Assembly: GCF_006345805.1 (NCBI RefSeq)
Contig: NW_021824465.1
Coordinates: 1 to 18,595 of the forward strand
Source of the DNA: Octopus sinensis
Lineage: Eukaryota
Direction: 5' to 3'
DNA length: 18,595 nucleotides
Position numbers and translations under genes: made by a program. Of the stretch, positions 1 through 10,370 are shown in pieces. The number at the start of each line of letters is the position of its first letter. The first letter of the stretch is position 1. The notes under the pieces are model-generated. The model did not search any database, was not told where the DNA came from, and saw only the letters and a program-made list of their open reading frames with translations.

Positions 1-144
1 TCTGAATATTTCAATGCTTTAGTTATTTTTTTTTTTACATTGACAAGGTTTTACAAATACCGAGGGACAGTTGCAGACATCAACAATATTCCGTATATTT
101 TAGAGGCACAACGTTGATACCCTCTTTTCATAGAGTGTGCAAAT

Positions 145-178
145 ATCCATCCATCCATCCATCCATCCATCCATCCAT
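145..178. repeat. (CCAT)n microsatellite
   Basis: Direct reading: about 8 tandem CCAT units. Confidence 0.95.
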
Positions 179-393
179 TCCTCTCCTACACCCACTATTC
201 CTGGGGGTGGTGGTTGTGAGTGTAGAGTCCCAAGGTGCCCCCTCCATAGGGTCTTATCAGAATTAACTATCATTAAACTTTCTAACTAGATTTCCAGGCG
301 TCACTAAATGAGACAATAGATGCTACCGAAACAACTCGTTCTTGGGTTACTCCAAGGTATTTTATCCGTTGGTCCCTTGATGTTATTTAAATC
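179..393 (-). mobile_element. Possible LINE-like 3' end with (GGAT)n tail, unclassified
   Basis: GC-richer island. On the minus strand it has a short broken frame (..RIKYLGVTQERVVSVASIVSFSDAWKSS*), then about 100 nt, then (GGAT)n. Family not identified. Confidence 0.3.
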
Positions 394-459
394 GAATTTG
401 CGTATGTATTTTCAAAAGCAATTGCATACAATTTCGTTTGGTGGTGGAACGTATATATA

Positions 460-853
460 GGCTCAGGCGTGGTTGTGTGGTAAGACGTTTGCTTCCCAAT
501 CACATAGTTCCGGGATCAGTCCAAGTGAGTGGCACCTTGGACAAGTGCTTTTAACTATAGCCTCGGACCGACCAAAGACTTGAGCTTAGATTTACCTGAC
601 GGCAACTGAAAGAAGTCTGATATAAATGTATGTGCGTGTATGTGTCTCTTTCTGCCTGTGTTTGTCCCCACCATTACTTAGCAACCGGTGTTGGTGTGTT
701 TACGTCCCTGCAAGTTAACGGTTCGGCTAAAGGGTGAGATAGGATAAGTATCAGGCCTAAAAAGAAAATAAGCACTGAGGTCGATTCATTCAGCCGAAAA
801 ATCTTTCAAGCATGTCCGCAGTTTAATAAATGAAACAAGTAAACGATAAAAGA
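460..853 (+). mobile_element. tRNA-derived SINE, family A, diverged full-length copy
   Basis: Colinear with the copy at 14652-15067: head ggctcaggcgtggttgtgtggtaag, then ggcaactgaaagaag, an internal (TG) tract, tgtttgtcccc..aaccggtgttggtgtgtttacgtccc and the tail gaaacaagtaaa. Confidence 0.85.
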
Positions 854-1159
854 TGTTTTGGTTAAATCATACTTTAATGTGGATCGCCTTGAAGCCAGCA
901 TATACTTGACTGCGATTTTTTTCAACGGTTTGCATATTCTTTTTAAATGTTCTTTGACATAAAAGCAATTGTGATTTTCAAATACATTTACATTGGTCCT
1001 TGAATTTCGCCTTAGCTTCTCAGCTACCAGAAAATCCTTCTTTAACCCTAACTGTGCATTTTTCCCCTCTTAGTTTTTCTTTCGCATTCTCTCTATTTCT
1101 ATTTAGACCTCCCCTTTCAAGTAACTGAAGTAATTAGATATACCTACATACATACAAAT

Positions 1160-1203
1160 ACAAATTCACACACACACATATGTATGTACTTACATATGTG
1201 TGT

Positions 1204-1243
<40 letters not shown>

Positions 1244-1350
1244 CCGCTATTGATATATCGAACTGCATAACATTGATTATTTATATATATTATATATATA
1301 AAATATCTACATCTATATATGTATATATCTATATATATGTATTCATATAT
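1160..1350. repeat. Compound (CA)/(TA) microsatellite region
   Basis: Direct reading. It contains a short non-repetitive island at 1243-1278. Confidence 0.85.
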
Positions 1351-1469
1351 ACATGGTGTCCGGAATTGCGAGATGATCCGGTTCTTGACTGAAGATTCGA
1401 ATGACCCGTCCGTGTTTCTTGTATCGTCCTCTGGATGTTTTGCGTTCTTGTCCCATTTTATATTAATAT

Positions 1470-1474
1470 ATATA

Positions 1475-1517
<43 letters not shown>

Positions 1518-1795
1518 ATTAGAATATATATATAGCGGCATACGTAACACTTACACTGTTCTCCTAATATATGTATTATATATAACACATACATGCATAC
1601 ATATATATATATATATATATATGTTGTTGTGTGTGTGTGTGTGTTGTGTGTGTGTGGTGTATGTGTGTATGAATATATACACATGTATGAATGTATATGT
1701 ATATATATATTTATACATGTATATGTATATATATATATATATACGTACATACAATCACACACATATATACATATATATCTACATGTCTGTATGGA

Positions 1796-1880
<85 letters not shown>

Positions 1881-1925
1881 ATGTGTGCGTGTGTGTGAGA
1901 ATGCGTGTGTATGTTTGTTTGTATA
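1470..1925. repeat. Compound (TA)n/(TG)n microsatellite region
   Basis: Direct reading, including a long (TG)n at ~1797-1878. Confidence 0.9.
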
Positions 1926-2834
1926 TTATCAATTTTAATTTTTTTAATACATTCTCAATGCGAAATTGGAAGCAATATATTTGCTTCGTTCTTAATTGAA
2001 CCCGTGTTTGACTACCAAATTTCAACTCATAAGGTTTTGGATGATTTCTCTATTGATCTATTGATTAATTCCCGATGACTCAATCATACATTTTCAACTT
2101 CATCTATCTTTAAATTTACTTCCATTTCTGGGTTACCGTAATACCCTTACTCCTTCCTCTGGTTATTCCCCCCTTTGCAGCCATACACTTCACTTATTAG
2201 TCTACAATAATATAACATCAACATCAGAGTAGACATATTTCTAGCCTTAGATTAAACAATTTCCTGTCACAGTGATACTGACAATTTGATTAGTTGAATT
2301 GACTGCAATATTTTAAATATCGATTAATACTCTAAGATTCAAACTATCCATACAAGAAGTAATTTATATTACCAATACTATAATGATCGACATATCAAAG
2401 CTATCAATTTCAATATATCAATGCTATAAGGTTTGGTAAATCAATATTATACAGTTCGATATATCAATAGTGGAAAAAAGAATCTTCCAGGTTCCTTTAT
2501 TCATTTAGAGATTTGCAAAGGCACACATATTTTCTCAATTTTATTTCTTAATTTTTATTAGTCGTTTTAAATGATTGTATTTCTGGCCAAGCTGGGGCTC
2601 TGCTCTATACTCTCGGGACTATCTTGACAACATTTAGTTCATTTTTATGTATTTTCAGATTGTTTTTGTTTGTGCTTATTTATATTCCACACCTTTTTAT
2701 AGTTTACTAATTATTTTCACACTGGTTGTTGTTGTTGCTGCTGCTGTTAATTTGGTGATTTCTAAATCGGAGAGTGAAAGAAACAGTAGAGAGGTGGATT
2801 AATTTTTTTTATTTTTAGCATTTAGTTACGTTCC

Positions 2835-2940
2835 TTTACATTCCGAGTTCAAATCCTGCTGATATGCGGCTTTGAGTTTCATACATACTTGTTTTATACA
2901 TACTTACGGTCAATAAAAATGTACCCGTGAACTACTGTGA
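2835..2940 (+). mobile_element. Degenerate fragment of SINE family B
   Basis: tttacattccgagttcaaatcc..ggctttg..tttcat and ggtcaataaaaatgtacc resemble the core of the copies at 3038-3255 and 3338-3572. Confidence 0.4.
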
Positions 2941-3037
2941 ACGATTTGATCAAAACCACGATTGATCTAGCAAATATTTATTTGACATTGAAAGAAGTTG
3001 CATCTCTATAGGAAATCAATATTTTATTACGCACAGT

Positions 3038-3255
3038 AAGGCAGCGTTCTGGCCGAATCTTTACCGCTCGGGACAAAATGTTTAACGGTATCCCTTGCCG
3101 CTCTTTGCATTTGAAGTTCAAATGCTGCCAAAGTCGATTTTGCCTTTCATCTTTTCAGAATCGATAAAATAAGTACCAGTCAAGTACTGGGGTCGCTGAA
3201 ATTGGCTTACCCACCCCTTAAATTGCTGACCGTTTGCCTAAATTAGCAATCAATA
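3038..3255 (+). mobile_element. tRNA-derived SINE, family B
   Basis: aaggcagcgttctggccgaatc head, B-box-like gaagttcaaatgc, and gtcgattttgcctttcatc..tcgataaaataagtaccagt. Homologous to the reverse complement of 3338-3572. Confidence 0.85.
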
Positions 3256-3337
3256 TTATATTTCTCTCATTCCCATTGTTAATCTTGTGCCATCTCTCGT
3301 GTTTGATTTTTCTCTCGGTGAGGTGATGATATAAACC

Positions 3338-3572
3338 TATTTCTTTACTACCCACAAGGAGCTAAACACAGAGAGGACAAACAAGGACAGACAAACGGAT
3401 TAAATCGATTATGTCGACCCCATTGCGTAACTGGTACTTATTTAATCGACCTCGAAAGGATGAAAGGCAAAGTCGATCTCGGCGAAATTTGAACTCAGAG
3501 CGTAGCGGCAGACGAAATACTGCTAAGCATTTCGCCCGTCATGCTAACGTTTCTGCCAGCTCGCCGCCTTCT
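3338..3572 (-). mobile_element. tRNA-derived SINE, family B, young copy with target-site duplication
   Basis: Minus strand reads aaggcggcgagctggcagaaacgttagc..gagttcaaatttcgcc (B box). It is flanked by the direct repeat aggtgatgatataaacc at 3321-3337 and 3573-3589. Confidence 0.92.
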
Positions 3573-3759
3573 AGGTGATGATATAAACCACCAATCCTAC
3601 ATTGCACTAAATTCAGCGGACTGCTCTTTCTACAAATCAATGCGATTGCTGCTGCGATGAAAACGTGTATTTGTATTTCTGAACAAACGTAGAAGAGCAA
3701 AATTAATGATATTTGTATGCAAAGCTTGCGTTTCAGGTTCGTTTCTCGCTACGATGTAT

Positions 3760-4636
3760 TCTTTTTATTGATTGTGCAAACTTTTTGCAAGTTAGCATGC
3801 ATTTCAGCGAGCTGATTGCACTAAACTCCGGCTGTAATGCTTTGATTAGTTTTCAGAAAGCTGTAATGGACAACACCAATTGCAAACCACCAGACAGCCA
3901 CCTGTTGCAACTTTGGCTTTGGGAAATGTAAGAGGAACTCATCACAATCAAGCCATTGATCTGATCGTGTACGGTTAACATAAAGGTTCCACTTTTCGTC
4001 ACAAGTGACTATTCGGTCAAGAAAAGGATCATTGGTGTTTCGCAAAAAAGTATCGAGCACACTTCAAAACGAAGAACTTCTTAATTCTCATTGAGCTTAT
4101 GCGGAACCCATTTATCGAGTTTTTTAACCTTACCAGTCTTCTGCAGATTGCATGAGACCGTTGCAATACCGACACCAATAGCCTGAGACGTTTCGTTAAC
4201 ATTTTGACGCAGGTTTTGTTCAACAATTGCTTTCAATTGTTCATTGTGAAGACTGCGTGACCGTCCTCTACTTTCTTCATCTTCAAGGTACTCATCACCA
4301 CTACGGAATTTCTGAAACTCCTTTCGTACTGTGCAATCACTTTTGAACCCCTCTCCCCATTCTCTGTTGATATTGGCAGCAGTTTTGGAGGCATTGTGCC
4401 CAAGCTTGAACTCATACAAGAAAAGTAAGCGAAGGTCCTTTTTTTTTTGTCATATTCATAATTAAGGGCGCCTATGCTTCAAGAATATTGTCTGTTTGAA
4501 ATAAGGAGAAAATTATTAAAAAGCATACATCAATTATTAAGTATGTCGAAATATACCTAAAATATGATTAAAATATTTTAATAAAATTGCATTTGAAAAC
4601 ACTTAGAGCGGCCATTATTTTCGGAACAACCTAATA
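3760..4636 (-). mobile_element. mariner-family DNA transposon remnant: frameshifted transposase pseudogene, 3'-truncated
   Basis: Minus-strand frames give YEFKLGHNASKTAANIN..KFRSGDEYLEDEESRGR..KVKKLDKWVPHKL (HTH region and WVPHEL-type motif) and DPFLDRIVTCDEKW (first catalytic Asp). ATG at 4453 is followed by a frameshift in a poly-A run. Homology is lost near 3760, before the second Asp. Confidence 0.92.
4607..4636 (-). repeat. mariner 5' terminal inverted repeat with TA target dinucleotide
   Basis: Minus strand reads TA-ttaggttgttccgaaaaataatggcc, similar to mariner TIRs such as the Hsmar1-type ttaggttggtgcaaaagtaattgcgg. No partner TIR seen. Confidence 0.75.
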
Positions 4637-4954
4637 ATTGTAAAAGTCTTCCATTTTGAACTTTGCAGAGTCGAATGCTTAGTGGACAATGCTTTACATC
4701 TGACTGTAATGTGTTTGACTCAACATTTTAATTTATTATCAAATAATATCCTTCAACTTCTGGAATATTTGGATCTTAATTGCATAAACTCTTTGAAGAT
4801 AACCTCAAAGAGGTAAAAAAGGAAGATCGATCACACCTAATATGAAAAGTGGCCTTTGCACCACGCTATAGTTTTCAGTACTTACCTGATATCTATACGA
4901 AGTCTATGCATGCAATCATGTATGTAAAATCGATTACAAATGGAGTGGTAGCAT

Positions 4955-5150
4955 CGGTTTCAAATTTTAGCACAAGACCAGCAGTTTCAGGAGAACAAGG
5001 TAATTTGATTACATCGACTCCAGTACTCATCTGGCACGTTTTATATCTATCCCGAAAGGATAAAAAGCAAAATTGACCTTGGTGGAATTTGAACTCAAAA
5101 CATTAAGACAGACGAAATGTCGCTAATCAGTTTGCCCGACGCGCTAACGA
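4955..5150 (-). mobile_element. SINE family B copy
   Basis: cccgaaaggataaaaagcaaaattgaccttggtggaatttgaactc..gacgaaatgtcgctaa..gcgctaacga matches 3450-3555. Confidence 0.85.
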
Positions 5151-5259
5151 ATGGTGTGGTATTATGGATAAATGGATTCTGTTAATTGTACACTTCAATA
5201 AAACTGAAAATAATTCGCAAATGTTCTTTGCTACAATTGTTCTTCTTGTTGTTGTTGCT

Positions 5260-5450
5260 ATTGTTATTTAACTTCACTTCGAACCTGATTCATCAGGCCT
5301 ATGATCAAACATTTTAGTGAGTGCCATTCTATTTCTTATATTCAAACCACAATGTATCTACGACTGCGTTGTCGAATGTGTCTTTTGATATTTACAAGAC
5401 AATTGGATGTCATTTGATGGAGATTTAACTGTTATTTATACCAAGACAAG
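5260..5450 (+). repeat. Unclassified degenerate interspersed repeat, related to 18272-18430
   Basis: Shares ordered blocks (ttgtta.ttaa, ctgat.ca..cag, tcaaa, and gatgt..tttga.g..gattt) with 18272-18430. Confidence 0.4.
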
Positions 5451-7388
5451 TAACCAACCACATAGTAATTCATTGTCTGTCTGTGAGTGTCAGAATTTGA
5501 CGTATAAGAGAATTTCTTAAGGTTGTCTTCAAATATTGAAGGCGATTATTAGTGATGATGAAAGAGTTTACTTTATAATGCTTGCCAGTACATTTGTCAG
5601 AAATATTTGATTCTCCATGATTAGCAACAAAACAGATAGTAACCGCTATACATATGAATACTATGACCTAGTGTCTGTATACAGTTGGTTGTTGCACTCT
5701 GCAGAACAAATGAATGAGTGAAAGAATGTACAGAAATAACTAATTTCGCTTGCCATTGATACAAAGATATGCTAATATCAAGATACGAACTCAAGACCCT
5801 TAAATCGACATACGGTGACATTCTCCATTCCGTGCTTTCTCCCTTAACTTTTCTTGAAGTCTTCACCAAAATAGTAGTATGGCATTCTAAAAAAAGGGAT
5901 TTGTCACGTGACATTGTGTAATTGTTACATTAATCTGTTGTAAATGAATCACCCCACTTAAATATTTATTGCAGTGAAGCATTACAATCAGAGTCTCTAT
6001 AATTAACACTTTGTAATTAAAACTACAATGCAATTATATAATTATAGAATTCTACATTATAACTCTGCATTTATAATTGAACTATTACAATCAATACATT
6101 TTAATTAAAACTTTTATAATTAAGATTTTATATAATCAATTAATGCGCGCTAATTAAAAAGTTTTCTATTAAAACAATATTCATTCCACTCATATAATTT
6201 AAATCCGTGATGAATACATTATATCTTCACCTTGTGAGTGATGTAATAATAAGTTGAGCTATGACCCTACTTTTCCCATTAATGATTACAATCATTTAAA
6301 GTTACTTACATCGTTAATATCACATACATACATGATTGCTTGCATAGACTTCGTAGAGAGCTCAGCACAAAGTCAGATCACATTTACAATAATTTCTAAA
6401 TTTGAAACATTCAACCAATATAACAAGCCAATATGTGTACTTTTCTTTTCACTTGTTGGAAGCTATACTCACGCTATTTGGTATAATATATTTGTTAATA
6501 ATCATATATAAACGTTATTCAGTATGTGATTTTGTAAATACCTTATAATGCATTTGTTACGCTATCTGTCTAAGCTGTATAACCTTGAATGATTTTTCTC
6601 TAGTCTTCATTTCAAGATATCGTACTATTCAATTCTTATTCACGTAAATTAACTCCATATCTCTCACCTTATTTTCTAATACAATTGCCTAGAATGTATA
6701 CTTTGCTAATGAGATCTAATAAGACCGAAACATTTTCAGATATGACACTGCAATGCTAAAGCTACATTTATTCCTCCATTGCATTTCCCGTATTCTAGTT
6801 TAATTAACTGCCATAGAAGTCTCAATACAACCTCTCATACTTTTCTTTAGCCAGAATTAAATAATTCTAATGAGTATTTCTCCTCATTATAGATATAAAT
6901 GGAATTACTTAAAATTTCTTGATTCACTACATTAAAAATGCTAGCACAGACTATACTATATGTTAGGATATCCCTATTGATAGTATATTTTCATAATATG
7001 TTATAAAATAGTTGCTTGTAAGTCTGTCTATGCTTATACACTATATCGGATATATACTATAGCTAACTATACGCTATATACTATACACTATAAGGAATTC
7101 AATTTCACGTAGAAATGTATTTCCTACATTTTTAAAATATAGTTAATCACTAACTGGAGTTAAATTTTGAAGTGATACTGAATATCCGTTAATTAGGTAT
7201 GTATGTTCTAGCTTTATTTTTCAAATTTCTCCCCAGTAGACAACGAGCTGGTTTCTTGCCCAGGATAAAACTTCTACATTAGAATTTACACATCAAGAAC
7301 TAGATGGTCACATATATTATTTCTCTGATGGGAATTATTCAAGTTTATTTAATTCTGCTTCAAAATTAAAGCCGCTCACTGATGACAA

Positions 7389-7390
7389 TG

Positions 7391-7483
<93 letters not shown>

Positions 7484-7484
7484 G
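7389..7484. repeat. (TG)n microsatellite, ~48 units
   Basis: Direct reading. Confidence 0.97.
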
Positions 7485-7489
7485 CAGAC

Positions 7490-8105
7490 ATATGTATAAA
7501 CACATGGATTTCGTTGCACTTGTAGATCTGAATGTTTCGAATTAAGTATCTATACATATACACGTCTTCATATGACAACATACGTGTATATGCACTTACT
7601 ACATGCTAAACATCTGGAATATTTTATATATTGAAGCAGTTCCACTAATGACCTATAGCTGTAACTCCCTAATTAACCGTATCCTTCTGGTTTTGTGAAT
7701 TTCGGTTTCTAAAAATTGTTGCTGCGGGAAATTAGTTACATAACCAAGTGCGCCAATAATTACAGACATAAATCCAATGTATAATCCATGTGTAGCATCT
7801 ATAGCTTTCTTATTAATTATACAAAAGACGCTTTCTTCTTACACTTCCCTTCAACATAATGCTAACATCGACTGATCAAATCATTTTTACTACAGTATAC
7901 ATGTTCTTTTCTCCATCCCAGATTATTATGCTTGGGTTCTTACGCATACATTTTACTGAGTTCTTGATAAGGAAAATGCGCAAAAATTATTTCATACTGT
8001 CAGCGAATACACCGTCTATATTGTTATAGCTTAAGATATTTTGACAATTCTTTGTATGAAATGCTTTGCATAACATCTAGTTATACCAAGACATCATGTC
8101 TCACA
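7490..8105 (-). mobile_element. Old R4/Dong-type non-LTR retrotransposon fragment (RLE domain C-terminus plus 3' UTR), family R4-b copy a
   Basis: Manual minus-strand translation across stops and frameshifts: RHDV (8091-8101)..NPSIIIWDGEKNMYTVVKMI*SVDVSIMLK..LIRKL*MLHMDY..FMSVIIGALGYVTN..RLIRELQL*VISGTASIYKIFQMFSM* (stop at 7599-7601). The PDIxIW..CP.DxN segment parallels 8803-8880. Not in the ORF track. Confidence 0.75.
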
Positions 8106-8106
8106 A

Positions 8107-8364
8107 ATTGCCCTATTTAACATTGTCCCGAGGGAGATCAAAGAGGAAAAGGATCCCATCAACTTTAAACGGAGTCTGGATAGATTCCTTCAAAGAATAC
8201 CAGATAAGCCACCCATAATTGGATACAACTCCTTGAACAAAACTTGGCTTAAACAAAACTTGACTTAAACAGGATTCGAATAATCCTATCAGGTGGTGCT
8301 ATTAAGTTACACATGGCCTGGACCAATCTTTGGTCGAAACATATCTAAGTTTATCTAAGTTTAT
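8107..8364 (+). mobile_element. 5'-truncated LINE 3' end, CR1/L2-group-like
   Basis: Frame 8113-8268 reads LFNIVPREIKEEKDPINFKRSLDRFLQRIPDKPPIIGYNSLNK, a typical C-terminus of CR1/L2-group ORF2. The 3' UTR has the hairpin gaccaa-tct-ttggtc and a tandem tail (atctaagttt)x2. Confidence 0.75.
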
Positions 8365-8576
8365 ATGAATATAAGTATATATGGCTATTTGCATACATAC
8401 ATATTTTGCATATAAATATGAATGTATGCTGTATATATATACGGCATGTATCTATGCATGAATGTATATACAAGTATACTTGTATGCTTATATGTATATA
8501 ATTATGTGCACACACACACGCACATGTACACACACACAACAACAACAACAACAACGCACACATATATATGTATACC

Positions 8577-9900
8577 TGTCATTATTCAGTTTCATTTCAA
8601 AACTTCTTGCCAATAGAGAAAGAACCGGTTTCTAACCTAGTTCCAAGGCTCTTTCATTGAATCTTCAACATCAGCAGAGTATGTATGTATGTATGCAATG
8701 TAATGTATGTATGTATGTATGTATGCCGATTTATATGTTCTGTTTTATATATAATACTCATGCATATAGTTGTATTCTAGACATGCTCGTATATATTTGA
8801 TAATTAATATACGCTGGGCAACTGATTTCCACAACACTACACAGTTTCTCTTCTCTATTCTAAATCACTATGTCAGGTGTATTGTTTACATTTATTGAGG
8901 TTTTCACGGGGACATTCCAACAATACTCGCTTTTATTATGAGTGGTTACGGTTTCGGCCATACTGTAGCTTGCTATTTCTTTAGCCTCGGAGTTATCCTT
9001 CTGACGGATCTCATTAAATAGTGTCCTATCTACAACATCATGCCTCATCGGTAGATAATGCCGTGATGACATTTCGGATAACTGCTTATGATGTGGGTGA
9101 TATCTTCGGTGTTAACTCCACAAAGTCTGCATTGGTTGTCACATTTTACTACGTTCCCTGCGTCTCTGTCCAATTTGTGCATCAGGTATTTGTTTGGTAT
9201 TTCCTGTCCTTGGATTGCAAACTGGGAGTTAGTAATCCAGTTATTGGTCCATGATAGGCTGCTTTGATGATCGATGTTACCATCATCTCAGAGGTTTCTA
9301 CTAACATATCCACGCATGATCTTCTGCTGAAATACGCTCATCTTTTCATCTGATGGTGCGTTGCAGTAGGGTCGTACGACTTATTTGGACATGTATTTGA
9401 GGTAATCAGTCAAAGAATGTATCTCAAGGAACTGCTTTGCAAGTCTTATGATGTTATGAGCCTCATGTATGCAAACTTAGTCAAGGGATGTACTTCGACA
9501 TTTGGTGGTTAAAAGATGTTGCCGAAGAGATATGATACGATATTCAAAGACAGTCTGGATCGACGTTAAGCTTATACCTCCTTGTTTCCGTTACTATTTA
9601 TGTGGAAATTATGCGTGGAAATTATGCGTGATGGTTAGTATCTTCCGGGTTTTCACATCAATGGCTCGGATCTTGCCAAGCGTCCGATCAAGTATCCCAT
9701 GATGGTATGAGTACTAGCACTGCAAACACATTGTAGCCAATGTTTTATTGAATGCAGAGAGTTCCGAGGTCCATATTTTCTTTATTTGCCCGTAATGTTC
9801 TTTAATGATACGTGTTTTGTTACAGGTGCCATTGTAAAATAAGTTTCCATCCACCCCTAGAACCTGTAACATTCCTCATCAGATATAGGCGAAATAGTTA
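8577..9900 (-). mobile_element. R4/Dong-type non-LTR retrotransposon, 5'-truncated and degenerate, family R4-b copy b
   Basis: Minus-strand translation with frameshifts: EECYRFLGVD..IWTSELSAFNK..IDVKTRKILT (RT end and thumb), CRLCGVNTEDITHIISSY (CCHC knuckle with last C mutated to Y, ~9080-9131), RHDVVDRTLFNEI, and PDIVI*NREEKLCSVVEISCPAYIN (RLE). Homology breaks near 8803. A putative 3' UTR with internal (CATA)n follows to 8577. Confidence 0.85.
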
Positions 9901-9903
9901 ACA

Positions 9904-10090
9904 TATGTATGCATGTATGTATGTCCTTTTTCAATTAATTTCAAGATTTCTTGTCAATAGAGAAAGAATCGGTTTCTAGCCTAGATCCAAGGCTCCTTCA
10001 TTGGAATTTCAAAATCAGCAACAGGGTATTTTTGTTTGTGTATGTGTATGTATGTATGTATGTATGTATGTATGTATGTATGTACGTATG
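9904..10090 (-). mobile_element. 3'-UTR-only copy of family R4-b (copy c), bounded by (CATA)n
   Basis: 9922-10032 is a direct repeat of 8577-8679 (caatagagaaagaa.cggtttcta.cctag.tccaaggctc.ttcattg), with (TATG)n on both sides. Confidence 0.7.
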
Positions 10091-10333
10091 TGCGTGTGCA
10101 TATATCAAAACAGAAAACTGAAAGAATTTGGTAAATTTTTTATTTCCATGTTATACGTGTTTCTTCGAGAAAACGAGTTACAAAGATATACATGTAAAGA
10201 AAAATGTATAAAATCTATCTGTAATTTTTCAGACTCGAATATACATACATACATACATACATACAGGCAGACAGTCAGACAGATAGATAGATAGATACCT
10301 AGATACATCGATAAATCTACACATACAAACATA

Positions 10334-10363
<30 letters not shown>

Positions 10364-10370
<7 letters not shown>

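Noticed and set aside
305-342. ctaaatgag..cgaaac hammerhead-like spacing
   Set aside because: The core is wrong and there is no stem II pairing.
1355-1455. GC-richer island with ctgaagattcgaat, a possible Penelope or hammerhead remnant
   Set aside because: No stem II or stem III can be drawn and there is no second copy in the window, so it cannot be classified.
1180-2025. Eight overlapping ORFs rich in YI/VC/HT repeats
   Set aside because: They are translations of (TA)n, (TG)n and (CA)n tracts with no protein-like content.
3260-3755. Minus-strand frame that stays open for about 90 codons after removing the SINE
   Set aside because: No recognisable motif or start context; plausible by chance.
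3713-3931. Plus-strand 72-aa ORF
   Set aside because: Largely antisense to the mariner transposase remnant.
4849-6511. ORFs 4849-5076, 5621-5914 and 6254-6511
   Set aside because: Short, no recognisable domains, and one runs through a SINE.
9021-9702. Plus-strand ORFs 9021-9254 and 9502-9702
   Set aside because: Antisense shadows of the R4-type element.
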